A stretch of 63,686 nt of DNA, filler included, from Octopus bimaculoides (Eukaryota): the NCBI RefSeq assembly GCF_001194135.2. It is 7 parts of 6 records of this genome, joined end to end, with 100 filler letters (N's around TTAATTAATTAA, not from the genome) between each part and the next. Parts side by side here need not be neighbours in the genome. Positions count along the whole stretch, not along the records: positions 16,963 to 47,155 come from NC_069008.1; positions 47,256 to 48,410 come from NC_068991.1; positions 48,511 to 57,420 come from NC_068985.1; 4 more parts are not named here. One strand, given 5' to 3'. Under the pieces are notes generated by a model. That model worked only from the letters and a program-made list of their open reading frames with translations, was not told the DNA's origin and made no database searches. Position numbers and translations under genes: made by a program. This document shows, piece by piece, positions 37,521 through 50,028 of the stretch (position 1 is its first letter; the number at the start of each line of letters is the position of its first letter).

Positions 37521-38889
37521 TCATATTTTCCCATGGGTTGCTGCATGTATAGTCAAGTTCTTTCTCCGAAAAAATGATTTACCGCAGATATCGCAGTGAA
37601 ATTGTCTCTCACCTGTATGAGTACGTTTGTGACTAGTTAATACCTTCCTCTGTGAGAATGATTTCCCACAGATATCACAGTGATATGCTTTTTCCTCCAG
37701 TATGTATACAATTGTGTTTAGTTAAGGCACTATTTTGTGCAAATGATTTACCACAGGTAACACAGTGATATGGCTTCTCTCCTGTATGAATACGTATGTG
37801 TCTAGTTAAGGTTCTACTTTCAGAGAACAATTTACCACAGATATCACAGTGATATGGCCTCTCTCCAGTGTGAATACGTCTATGTCCTCTTAGGACACTC
37901 CTGTCAGAGAATGCTTTGCCACAGATATCACAGGTATATGGCTTCTCTCCTGTATGAATACGTTTGTGTGTAGTTAAGGTACTGTTTGCAGAGAATAATT
38001 TCCCACAGATATCACAGTGATATGGTTTTTCTCCTGTATGTATAAATTTGTGTTTAGTTAAGGCACTATTTTGAGCAAATGAGAAACCACAGATATCACA
38101 ATTATATGGCTTCTCCCCTGTATGAATACGTTTGTGTTGAGTTAAGGTTCTCTTTTGAGAGAATGATTTACCACAGGTATCACAGTGAAATGGCTTCTCA
38201 CCTGTGTGAACACGAATGTGTTTAATCAAGTTATCACTACTAGAGAATGATTTACCGCAGGTATCACAGCGATGTGGTTTCTCTCCTGTATGAATACGTC
38301 TGTGTCCTCTTAAGACAATATTGTGTGAGAATGCTTTGCCACAAATTTCACAGCTATATGGCTTCTCTCCTGTATGAATACGTTTGTGACTGCTTAACTG
38401 ACTATTCTTAGAGAATGCCTTACCACAAATACCACACTGATATGTTTTCTCTCCTGTATGGATAAGTTTGTGACTGCTTAACTGACAATTTTGAGAGTAT
38501 GCTTTGCCACAGATATCACAGTGATATGGTCTCTCTCCTGTGTGAATACGCCTATGTCCTCTTAACACACTACTGTCAGAGAATGATTTACCACAGATAT
38601 CACAGTGGTGTGGTCTCTCTCCAGTGTGAATACGTCTGTGAACTCTTAAGACACTACTGTCAGAGAATGCTTTGCCGCAGATATCACAGTTATATGGCTT
38701 CTCTCCTGTATGAATACGTTTGTGTGTCGTTAAGGTAACTTTTTGAGAGAATGACTTATCACAGGTAACACAGTGAAATGGCTTCTCACCTGTATGAACA
38801 CGTATGTGACTAATCAAGTTACTGCTTGTTGAGAATGATTTACCACAGATTTCACAACTATGTCGTGATTTTCCCAATTCTTTTGACAT
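37521..38889 (-). CDS. C2H2 zinc-finger protein ZF5, 14 fingers in frame plus 2 behind a +1 frameshift
   Basis: ORF to 37675 has 14 fingers; ACTGGAGGAAAAAGCATATCAC carries one extra base near 37695; the shifted frame continues [53 protein letters not shown]. Acceptor AG at 39306-39307. Confidence 0.85.
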
Positions 38890-39476
38890 TTCTCTGAGGG
38901 ATACAAATAGACCCAACCATTGAAGTTTCTCACAGTATTAAATTTTTCCCTTATCCTTCTTCTCTCACTACAGTATATAATTTTCTTATTCTTTTTCTTG
39001 TTGTAATTTATTCCTTGGAAATAATTCAACTGCGATTTCATCAGTATCTAAAATTCTACAAAACTCCGTTGCAAATATATTCAAGCTTAATTAGAATGCA
39101 AAAGCCCCAGGTAATGAGATGGAGAAATGGTGCTATGAATCTTCGCTCAGAGCAAATATTTCATGGTAATTCAACCTTAGATTAATAGCCATTGGCTTAT
39201 TATATCTGTTCTCTTAAACGTTTTCCTTTAGTCTTTAAGACATGATAAATATTCCAGATGTTTCCAATGTACAAAAGTCGTTTTATGCCAATGTCACTCA
39301 TTAATCTGAAATAATAAAGAAACAGTATTAGATATAGAGGAGAGATTAAAATGGAAATGTTACAACATTTCTTTATTGATTAACAAATGACATCATATAA
39401 CTTTGGGTGAAATCTAAAAATTTGTAAACTACAACTACACCTTCACAGTGTGTAACATTACATATATATATATATA

Positions 39477-40135
39477 TCATCATTGTTTAACATCCACTTT
39501 CCATGGTGGACTGAGGACTGGCAAGCCAGGAGGCTGCACCAGACTCAAATCTGATCTGACATTGTATCTACAGCAGGATGCCCTTCCTAACTCCAACCTC
39601 TCTGAGAGTGCAGTGGGGGTGGGGGCCTTTTATGTACCGCCGGCATGGGTGGCAGTTAGGCACAGGATCCAGTCGGGTTGGGTGTCGAGGGACTGGCATC
39701 GACCACGCTAGGATGTTCCACTGGCACAGGGAGCCAGTCAGGTGGCACACTTGAATGGTGCTTATTACAAGCCACTAGCATGGGTGCCAGCCAGGCGGCA
39801 TTGGCCAAAAAAACAATTTCCAGTTTGATTTTGATTGACTCAACAGGTTTTATGTGCAGTGTATCACCTGATGCTTGAAGGGTACTTTTAAACGGGGTCG
39901 TTATGTGACACTGGTATAGGCTACGGTTGTGATCTTAATCACAGCATATCTCCAAAGGCCGCAGTCTCTTGTCATTGCCTCTGTGAGGCCCAGCATTCAA
40001 AGGTCGTGCTTGACCACCTCATCCCATGTCTTCCTGGGTCTCCCTCTTCAGCAGGTTCCTTCCACTGTTAGGGTGCGACACTTCTTCACACAGCTCTCCT
40101 CATCCATATGCAGCACATGACCATACCAGCTAAGT
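39477..40135 (-). mobile_element. RTE-clade LINE 3' fragment (ORF C-terminus and 3' UTR)
   Basis: LSWYGHVLHMDEESCVKKCRTLTVEGTC*RGRPRKTWDEVVKHDL, followed by the GAAGGGCATCC tail and (ATG)n. Confidence 0.88.
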
Positions 40136-40239
40136 ACCATTCCTATCCCCAACCTTGTCCAGCTTTTCACAGAAAGGATTTTGATTTTAATTTCACAAAC
40201 CCCTGATGTGAAGGCACATGGCTCCATGGTTAGAGCAGA

Positions 40240-40499
40240 ACAACCTGCTTGTGAAATTAACACATGCAAGTGGTTGAGTACTCCACGGACACGTGTACCC
40301 TTAACATAAATCTCTGGAGGATTCAGCATGATACGGAACACGACAAGGCTGGCCCCTTTGAAATACAGGTGCTACTCACTTTTGCCAGTTGAATGAACTG
40401 GAGCAATGTAAAATAAAGGATGCAGTATGCCACTGGGAATTGAACTTGAGGCTTCACGATCGTGACCCACATGCCCTAACCACTAAGCCACATGCCTTC
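40240..40499 (-). mobile_element. tRNA-derived SINE related to family A
   Basis: Minus-strand head GAAGGCATGTGGCTTAGTGGTTAGGG; body AAGGGTACACGTGTC..AATTTCACAAGCAGG shared with 6383-6769. Confidence 0.8.
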
Positions 40500-42938
40500 C
40501 GTAAATGCATTAAAAATACCACAGCATAATCTGATCCCAATTTCACAAAATTATCAACGTTCTCTTTGAGCATTTAAAAGAGATATTTCCGTGGGGCAAA
40601 ATGATTGAAACAAGAGAAAGTAAATTTGTAACATATACAAATTAATATCTATCCTTAGACATGAGAAATGCAACAAAAATTTTAAATAATTGGAAGAGAA
40701 TTACGGCAAAATGGCACAGGGTATAAAATTAACAAAACTGAACAAAATGAGAAGGCTCAACATGAAATATATTTGAGACATCAGTGAAAGGTGACCTATA
40801 AAAGTTGGAATTTTCTTCGTTTTGACGAGGATTTTTCAACATTTTTTTTCACGTTGCCCTTGGAAATTATCTGGAGCAGTGATTTTCAAACTGTGGTCCG
40901 CAAGGACAAGACAGGGGGTCCGTGAACAGCAAATACTTTTTATGGGCAATTTGATTTTATATATGTTTTTTAATCGAAATCTTTTAATTGACAATAAACC
41001 TATTTGTTAAATAAACAAATGTAAAAATATATGCTATTTTAAGCAAATATTTATGTATAAATTTCCTAAGGTAAAGCCTGAAATATAAAGGGGAGCAACT
41101 TTTTAACCCCAAATGTTTTTTTTTTTAAACTTTTCCTGGACCGATTTTGTGGGCACGATAAACTTAAAAACTACAGAACCCTTTTTGTGAAGAAGAAGAA
41201 AAAAGGGAAGTATTTTCAGTCGAAAAGGTGTAATTTAAGGGAGATTTTGCTGTTGTTTCTAGCATATGGTATGACTGGCAAGGTTTACGGATNNNNNNNN
41301 NNNNNNNNNNNNNNNNNNNNNNNNNNNNNNNNNNNNNNNNNNNNNNNNNNNNNNNNNNNNNNNNNNNNNNNNNNNNNNNNNNNNNNNNNNNNNNNNNNNN
41401 NNNNNNNNNNNNNNNNNNNNNNNNNNNNNNNNNNNNNNNNNNNNNNNNNNNNNNNNNNNNNNNNNNNNNNNNNNNNNNNNNNNNNNNNNNNNNNNNNNNN
41501 NNNNNNNNNNNNNNNNNNNNNNNNNNNNNNNNNNNNNNNNNNNNNNNNNNNNNAAAAAAAAAAAGGGAATATTTTCAAATGAAAAGCTGCGATTTAAGGG
41601 AGACTTGGCTATTATTTCTAGCATATCCCATGACGGGTAAGGTTTAGGGGTTGATAAAAATCATAAATTCTAACAAAAAGTTTTTAATAGCATACAAGAG
41701 TTTATGGTATTAATAGGGGGGGAGGTGTATTAAAAAATATCAATACTTGTCAGATTAAAAAATAAACGACGAAGGTGGTCATAGGATATGCTAGACACCA
41801 CAGTCAAATCTCCATTTAATCACACACCGTTACGTCTGAAAAGATTTGCTTTTCCCTTTAACGAAAACGGTTTCTTCTATGGTTTGTAAGTCCGTAGTGC
41901 CCACAAAATGGACCGAAATTGGTTCGGAGAGGGGAAGACGGGGGGAATAGGAATGTGTGTAAAAAACATTTCTTCAAAAACACTTTTCTTTTAAGTGATG
42001 CAATCATTTCCAAGGGTATAGAGATAAAAAAATCTGAGAAATAGCCGCTGACGATTTCCATATTTCGGTACTATTCAAGAAGAGTGCGCGCACTTGTGCT
42101 AGCTAGTCGTAACTAGTCGATCCTACATCGACTCTCAGAATAACGGTCAGGTACAAAGACTAAAAACCTATTTTTTTTTATCTTCTGGGACCACTCTTCT
42201 TGAATCGTACCCCATATTTCTACGGTTTGTTCACAATCTGCTGGAGTAGAAACCCTCTCCGGGATTTATTTACGCAGGAAGCACCTAAGAGGAGGAATCC
42301 TCACATGTGCTTACCATGCAACGTGGACTTACAAATAAATGAGACATGAACGACGGTAAAACAGGTGGTTACTCTAATACGTGCAATAACAAAGCGAGCA
42401 TTCGTCAAGGAAATTGGTTCGAAAACAGCCATCTCACTTTGTTCAATATCATCCTTCTATCATATTGCTGGGCCGACGACTTCTCTCTCAAAGACATTTC
42501 TCATAAGGTTCACTGCAACAAGAATACTTATGGAATTCATTGATGCAATTTAAACTGTGAATTGATTTTACGGATTGTAAAATAGGAAATTATCCCATGT
42601 TGTCCTGTGTGTGTCATTCCATCTGTCCTTTGGTGAAACTTAGTCTACTTAGGAACATTCTGCTCAACATGGCTCACTGTAGCGTAGTGTTGTGTGCTCT
42701 GGAGTAAAGCAATCTGAATTAGATATGACCAGAGAAGCGAAAGAGATGGGGGTGACAGCACGGAAGGCCACAGTCCCCCGGGACCCACAAAGTGTAAAGC
42801 TGAAAACCTGGACATCTTCAGAGAAAGGAAGGGGTAACAGAATACTCAATACACAGTATAAGTATTCCCGGATTTCTGGAAGCCAGATAAGAGATCCGGC
42901 ACGTGCGATCAATCGATGGATAGGTGTGTATATCTTAC

Positions 42939-43225
42939 CTGTTATGCTATACAAATCAATATTTAGTGGGGAAAACATACAAAAACACGTTATTCTTCTC
43001 GCGAGCCAAGCAGGTTGCAAAGCAAACGGAAGTACTGTGTCATGTGACAAAAGTAAACCTACCGCTCTCTATTAAATGAAACCAAGAATGTTATCATAAA
43101 GGGGAATTAATAATTAATAATATTTTGATGCAAATCACCATGGTTACTGTGGTTAACATCTGGCTCTGATAAACGACTCTTCATTATTGTCACCATCGGC
43201 CGTGGTGGTGATCTTCTAAAAGAAA
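42939..43225 (-). promoter_or_regulatory. Putative promoter and non-coding exon 1 upstream of ZF5 (P5)
   Basis: CAG|GTAAG donor (GT at 42937-42938), CGGAAGT, GTCATGTGAC 43039-43048, ATGCAAAT 43128-43135. Confidence 0.65.
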
Positions 43226-43644
43226 TATGGCGATCTAAGCTCGCCGACATTGCTTCAGGCGGCAGAATCGTTAGCGCGCTGGACGAAATACTTAGCGGTA
43301 TTTTGCCCATCTCTACGTTCGGAGTTCAAATTCTGGCGTCATTTTAGGGGTCGATGAAATAGCTTCAAAGGCATGGGTTGGACAGTTTGAGAAGGAATTG
43401 AACGTTGGAAGGCTGCAGCAGGCAGTACAGACGTTTAACAAAGATTTTGTCATCCGAGTCTAGTCACGAAGTTTTATACGACCCAAGGCTACAATTCAAT
43501 ACGCTTTTCGAAAGTGTTATGCAGCTGAAACGAAATGTCAGAAACTCGAGATTAATGTCCTGAGAGGAAGATTTTATTAAAAACATCGTAGTACTAAGTT
43601 ATCTCCCTTACATAGATACAGTCGTGGATAGGATTTCTATGAAA

Positions 43645-43710
43645 CAGCGGTCCCCAGCCTTTTTTATACCACGGACCGGCTTCATGCCGGACAATCTTTC
43701 CGCCGACCAA
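43645..43710 (+). mobile_element. hAT/Charlie-like terminal fragment
   Basis: CAGCGGTCCCCAGCCTTTTTTATACCACGGACCGG resembles hAT-Charlie termini. A paralogous trace lies at ~21888 and a similar end at ~40876. Confidence 0.45.
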
Positions 43711-45623
43711 TAGTGGCACATATGTGTAATTTCTATGCATTTCGTTAATAATACCAATAACAATTGCAATTTGTTAAAGGGAAAAACAATTGTGCAATCT
43801 TTTCACTGTCATGTACTGAAATTCTATGATAGACAGTTAAGGTAGACGTAAAATATACACTTGTTATAAAATGAATTCAGTTATAACGGATAGTACTGCG
43901 TAGATGAATACTGAATATTTAAACATATCTTTTTAAATTTAACTATTATATTATTTGAAAGAATTATTTCTTTGTGGCCCGATAGCAATTGATCCATGGA
44001 TGAGTACTAGCCCACAGATGGGTGGCTAGCGTCCTCTGATATCAAATACGAAGTTGGTAGTTGCTCTTATATACTTTTACATCAACTGTCTTGTGTACAT
44101 TTATGGTTCTATAAGACATTTTTACTTATGGTTACATAAGATACATGTTTTTTGAAGCAATTTTCAGTGTAGTTGTATCCAGTTTAGAACAGAAGTGGAT
44201 ACAGACAGAATCCCATATCCCTGTCTGTTGCAAGAGGCTACTAAACTGGCTACAAAAAGACAAACATGTAAAACAAAAAAAGCATAGATTCAGTTAAATT
44301 TTATTTGTTCAACAATATTTCTTTTTCTTTGATCTATATATGGTCACTTCACCTGCTAGTAACAACAGCTAAATTCTATGCAATTTAAACCTTCTAGTCC
44401 TGAAAATTGAAGAATATTTGTTGATGTAATCCAGGATAAAGAATGTGAGAAGGTAAAACAGGATAGTCATGGATGAGATACAACTGCCTCTGCAGAAGAA
44501 GTCTGAGAAGTAATATGCAAGAGAAAGACAAAGACTGTTCCACGGAGAGAGAGGGGGGTTTGTGAGTGTAAAAGGAGAGGGGGAGGAAAAGGAAGGGGGA
44601 TGCAGTGAGTAGTGAACCTGTGTCTATTGAGGAGCAGAAAGAAAGCAATGATACAATGGGGAACTACTTTTAAGAACACCATCACAGAATTTACAAGGTC
44701 TTCTAAACCGAGTCGACACAAAGTGGTCGTCTGTGGACCGATGCCAATCTGCAAGCCACCAGCTGCTAGTACCTGACGAGTTTCCAGAAAAGAAAGAAAC
44801 GCCATAGAATGCTTATGTAATATTGTATTATTTGTTTACAAAATAAGTATAAGATGAAAAAAGTTGTCAACTTTTATTATATTCAATGTATATATTGTTT
44901 CTGGTATAAATTAATATTACTAATATTACCGGTCCCTGGCATACTGGAAAAATACAACTGCAGAAGTATTTTTCTAAACAATATCGGTGGTATAGATATC
45001 CACCAGAGAAAAATCTCTGTAAATATTTAAAGAGCAACAGTTTTGAATCACCAATTTAGATTTAGAAGAAGATCAGGATGATCTACTGAAGTCTTTGGAT
45101 TTCGATTTCCAGTCAACTTGTGCTCTGAAATTTCTCCACAAATTTGGTATAGATTTCATTATAGAGCTAATTACATTGACCGAGGGCATTTGTAGTACAG
45201 TTCATGGCATCTGCATTCTTCTAAATCCATCCAGGTTTCTTATTACTGTTCAGTACGACATGTTTATAACAAAATTTGATATATACAGAGAGAATAGCCA
45301 CTTTCTCCTCATTTGTAAGACTCCTAGGTCGATTTATTTTTTCACAAAAACATTTCACAGATTCCAGCAATGGTTCATCCACAAACTTATGCTTCATTTT
45401 GTGAGTGTAAGAAACGATATTTCCCTTTCTTTTTTCCTTCTTGGTTCCAAAACACAATCTTCAAAGGAATGTCTCAAAAGGGTAACCATGACGAATATGA
45501 TTACTGTCAGGGGATGGGTGATGACTTTCAAGGGCACAAAGGGGAAGCCATGATTTAGCAGGCGATAAGTTTTAAAATATATATTGTTGATGGGTGTTCT
45601 AATGAACTTTAACAATGACACAA

Positions 45624-46403
45624 TCACACTTTCACATGGATAGACACATGTCTAATTAAGGTTCTTCTTTGAAAGAATAATTAACCACAGGAATCACAGT
45701 GATATGGTTTCTCTCCTGTATGAGTACGTTTGTGACTAGTTACTCCCTTCTTCTGAGAAAATGATTTCCCACAGATATCACAGTGATGTGGTTTTTCTCC
45801 TGTATGTATAAATTTGTGTTTAGTTAAGGCACTATTTTGAGCAAATGAGAAACCACAGATATCACAATTATATGGCTTCTCCCCTGTATGAATACGTTTG
45901 TGTTGAGTTAAGTTTCTATTTTGAGAGAATGATTTACCACAGGTATCACAGTGAAATGGCTTCTCACCTGTATGAACACGAATGTGTTTAATCATGTTAC
46001 TGCATATAGAGAATGATTTACCACAGATATTACAGTGATGTGGTCTCTCTCCTGTGTGAATACGCCTATGTACGCTTAAGACACTACTGTCAGAGAATGA
46101 TTTACCACAGATATCACAGTGATGTGGTCTCTCTCCTGTGTGAATATGCCTGTGTACACTTAACACACTCCTGTCAGAGAATGCTTTGCCACAGATATCA
46201 CAGCAAAATGGCTTCTCTCCTGTATGAATACGTTTGTGTGTAGTTAAGGTACTGTTTTGAGAGAATGACTTACCACAGGTAACACAGTGGAATGGCTTCT
46301 CACCTGTATGAACACGAATGTGATTAATCAGTTTACTGCTTGTAGAGAATGATTTACCACAGATTTCACAACTATGTTGTGATTTTCCCAATTCTTTTGC
46401 CAT
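45624..46403 (-). CDS. C2H2 zinc-finger protein ZF6, 8 intact fingers plus a ninth broken by a premature TAA
   Basis: TAA at 45681-45683 replaces the conserved Lys of CG-K; the frame continues LFFQRRTLIRHVSIHVKV* to the paralogous stop. Acceptor AG at 46687-46688. Confidence 0.87.
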
Positions 46404-46868
46404 TTCTCTGAGGGATACAAACAGACCCAACCATTGAAGTTTCTCACAGTATTAAATTTTCCCCTTATCTTTTGTCTCACAGCACAGCATGTAATTTCCT
46501 TTCTCTTCTTATTCTTNNNNNNNNNNNNNNNNNNNNNNNNNNNNNNNNNNNNNNNNNNNNNNNNTTCACAGTAATTCCAGTCTAGATTTATAGCAGTTGG
46601 GTTATTATATTCTTTAAAACCCTTCACCTTAGTCCAGATGTGTCCAATATTTAAAAAGTTATTTTGTGCCAATGTCATCCATTAATCTGAAATGATAAAG
46701 AAACAGTATTAGATATAGAGGAAAGATCAAAATGGAAACGTTCTAACATTTCTATATTAATTAACAAATGACATCATTTAACATTGGGTGAAATCTAAAA
46801 ATTTGTAAACTACAACTACACCCTCACATTGTGTAACATTACATGCATATATATATGTGTGTGTGTGT

Positions 46869-47090
46869 GTCATCATCATCATTGTTGTTTAACGTCCGCT
46901 TTCCTTGATGGCATGGGTTGGACTGTTTAACTGAGGACTGGCAAGCCAGGAGGCTGTACGGGACTCCAATCTGATCTGGTAAGGCTTCTATAGCATGATG
47001 CCCTTCCTAACACCAACCACTCCATGAGAGTAGTGGGGGTTAAAGCATAACACATGGATGAATCACTGAAGGGTACTTTTAAATGGGCCA
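46869..47090 (-). mobile_element. RTE-type 3' tail, shared position with the ZF5 unit
   Basis: CTGAGGACTGGCAAGCCAGGAGGCTG..GATGCCCTTCCTAAC matches 39500-39600. Confidence 0.8.
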
Positions 47091-47113
47091 GTTATACATA
47101 ATATATAAATGTA

Positions 47114-47155
<42 letters not shown>

Positions 47156-48335
47156 NNNNNNNNNNNNNNNNNNNNNNNNNNNNNNNNNNNNNNNNNNNNT
47201 TAATTAATTAANNNNNNNNNNNNNNNNNNNNNNNNNNNNNNNNNNNNNNNNNNNNGGAAAAGAAGTACGTGCGAGCTTGGTGATTCCAAGAACGAAAAGA
47301 AATAGCAGCCAGACACACGTGACCAAGGCTGTGTGAAGAGAAAGAGTAGCAGAGGGAAAAGGAGGGGAGGAAGTAGAATAAAAGGGAGCAACGAGAGGTA
47401 GAGAGAGAGAGATATATAGAAGTAGTAACGGTGAGAGGCGGAGGACGAGTAACAAGAGATAGAGAGATAGTAGTGACAAGTAGAGGCGAAGAACAGTAGA
47501 GGGAAGAATGAGAGGGGGAGATAGAAATAGAGAGAGTCGCGTTAGAAAAGTAGTTAAAACTTACTGTATAAAGGTAACGCGTGCGTTCTGTCGTGGTACA
47601 AACAATATATGAGTATATGCATATATATGTACATGTATGTATATATATGTATATATATATGTACATATACATACATAACTGGGTACATGACGTGGCAAAA
47701 GAACAAGGACAAAATGGTATATATACAAACATACACACACATATATATCTATACATATACACACACACATACATGCACACACATATGTATGTATGTATGT
47801 ATGTATGTATGTGTGTGTGTGTGTGTGTGTGCGTGTGTGTGTGTGTGCGTGCGTGCGTGCGTGTGTGTATTACTCGTCAATATTTCCAAGTGCAATAATC
47901 GGTGCGAAACCGACGGTAACATTCTGATCAGTTATATGCCATAACAAACAATATATTACTCGACGATATCAAAATAAGTGTATGTTTGCGTGTGCATCTG
48001 TTATTGTATATCCGTCCTCATGTATATATGTATATTTACTTGCATCTATAATATACACGTATTTCTAACATCGTGTTTCTGAGAAAATGAATTTAAAAAA
48101 ATCCGATAGAGATGATCAAATTTACCGTTCTAGCTGACATTTCCTCTAACATCAAATATAACAGCGTCATAAGACTTGGATCGAAGTAAAAGTGAGAATT
48201 ATGTTTTATTATAGTGGGCATTCTATTGTTTATGTGTTCGTGTACTATGTAAATAGGTTATCTTTCAAAAATATATTTGACACTAAAATATTGAAATACA
48301 TATATATTTGAATACTTATATATATACATAAATTC

Positions 48336-48392
<57 letters not shown>

Positions 48393-49983
48393 CATAAATT
48401 CATATATATANNNNNNNNNNNNNNNNNNNNNNNNNNNNNNNNNNNNNNNNNNNNTTAATTAATTAANNNNNNNNNNNNNNNNNNNNNNNNNNNNNNNNNN
48501 NNNNNNNNNNATATATATATATATAGGGTGGGGCGTGTGATTGTATATGTGTGTCTGTGTAAATATATTCCTTAGCATGGACGTGGATATATTATTAACG
48601 CTGGTGAATTTCAGAAGTCATAAATAACGATCGTCATTTGTCAAATGCATTAAACCTTGCAATAGAAATATTGCAGATGCTACTTTAGTACCACAAATAA
48701 AATTTGCTGCGAATCCATTCTAGTGAAATATCAAAGTTTAACAATTTTATCGCTTTCGAATATCTGGTTATGGATGAAAAGATAACTGGAAGATATGTAA
48801 ATAATGCTATCGCTAGCGATGCATTTCGGCTTTCTAGAATATTTTGCTTATGTAATATTACATTGAATGTATGTCAGCGTGCAATTCATATCCTCGAAAC
48901 TTCGCATGAAATTTGTGTTATAAATTTAATAATATGGGAATGGTATGCTTATGATTGTAACAAAAGTAAGATACGCGGCCAAAATTCCTCTGTCAGAAAT
49001 CTGCCATGAATATGTGTTCCTCTCTGTGTTGTTACGCATACATGACTTAAGAACATCTCGGCCTCATGACCTGAAATCTAAACACTTCTTTTCAACCCTC
49101 GTGAGAGACGCACGATTTATTCAATGTGTTTTTTTGCTTCGATTACTAACTGCACATTTTAATGAAGTACATCTACCAACATTATGTTGGACTTCAGATC
49201 CGCCAGAATCATTTGTTGGACTTACCACCATTAATTTTCTTTGTACTTTGTTCTGTAAATTCGATCTATTAATACATAACTATATACACAATTATAGTTA
49301 AATACTCATCTGAAAATATTCAGTCTTTGCTTTTTTTGGTTTGTTTCTGTCTACATGTGTGTGTGTGTGCATGGGCGTGTGTATGTGTGTGTGCGTATGG
49401 GTCTTTGAATGTGATGGTAAGGCATGACCGTTGTCTATTGACTGTAACAATGAACTATAAAAGATAAAATATACTTTAGAAAACGAGTGATTTAATTACT
49501 GATCAGTATTCATTCACAAGGAAGACGGCAACCTAAATCTCAATACAATCCATTAACTCAACCTCTGTACCACGAAGCAATTATCAGTATTTCCAGTATT
49601 TGCTCTTTCTTTAATATTTTTCCTACCAAAACAAATGTCATTAACAAACAAATACTGAACGTGCTATTTAAAAGAAAGTGAATGATGTTTAATTATCAAA
49701 GCGGGACTCGTCATTACAATAGCTGAATGTTGTGCACCGGAAATCATAGAGACACATAAACACATAAAGGTAAGATATTTCTCGTCCGTTGACATACGAG
49801 TGCTTTTATTCCTACAGCGTGCTCTTGTTATCAACGTTCTCGCAAGACACATTCAGTGTCTTCAAGAACACTTATCTTTCAGCACAACAAATGTCATACA
49901 CACATATGTATGTACGCATGTAAATGAGCGTGTGTGTGAGAGAGAGAGTGACTATAATAATATACATATTCACACATGTATAT

Positions 49984-50028
<45 letters not shown>

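Noticed and set aside
42692-43075. 127-aa plus-strand ORF across the P5 module
   Set aside because: Paralogous copies at 26168 and ~32865 diverge in frame and stop early; P1 lacks most of it.
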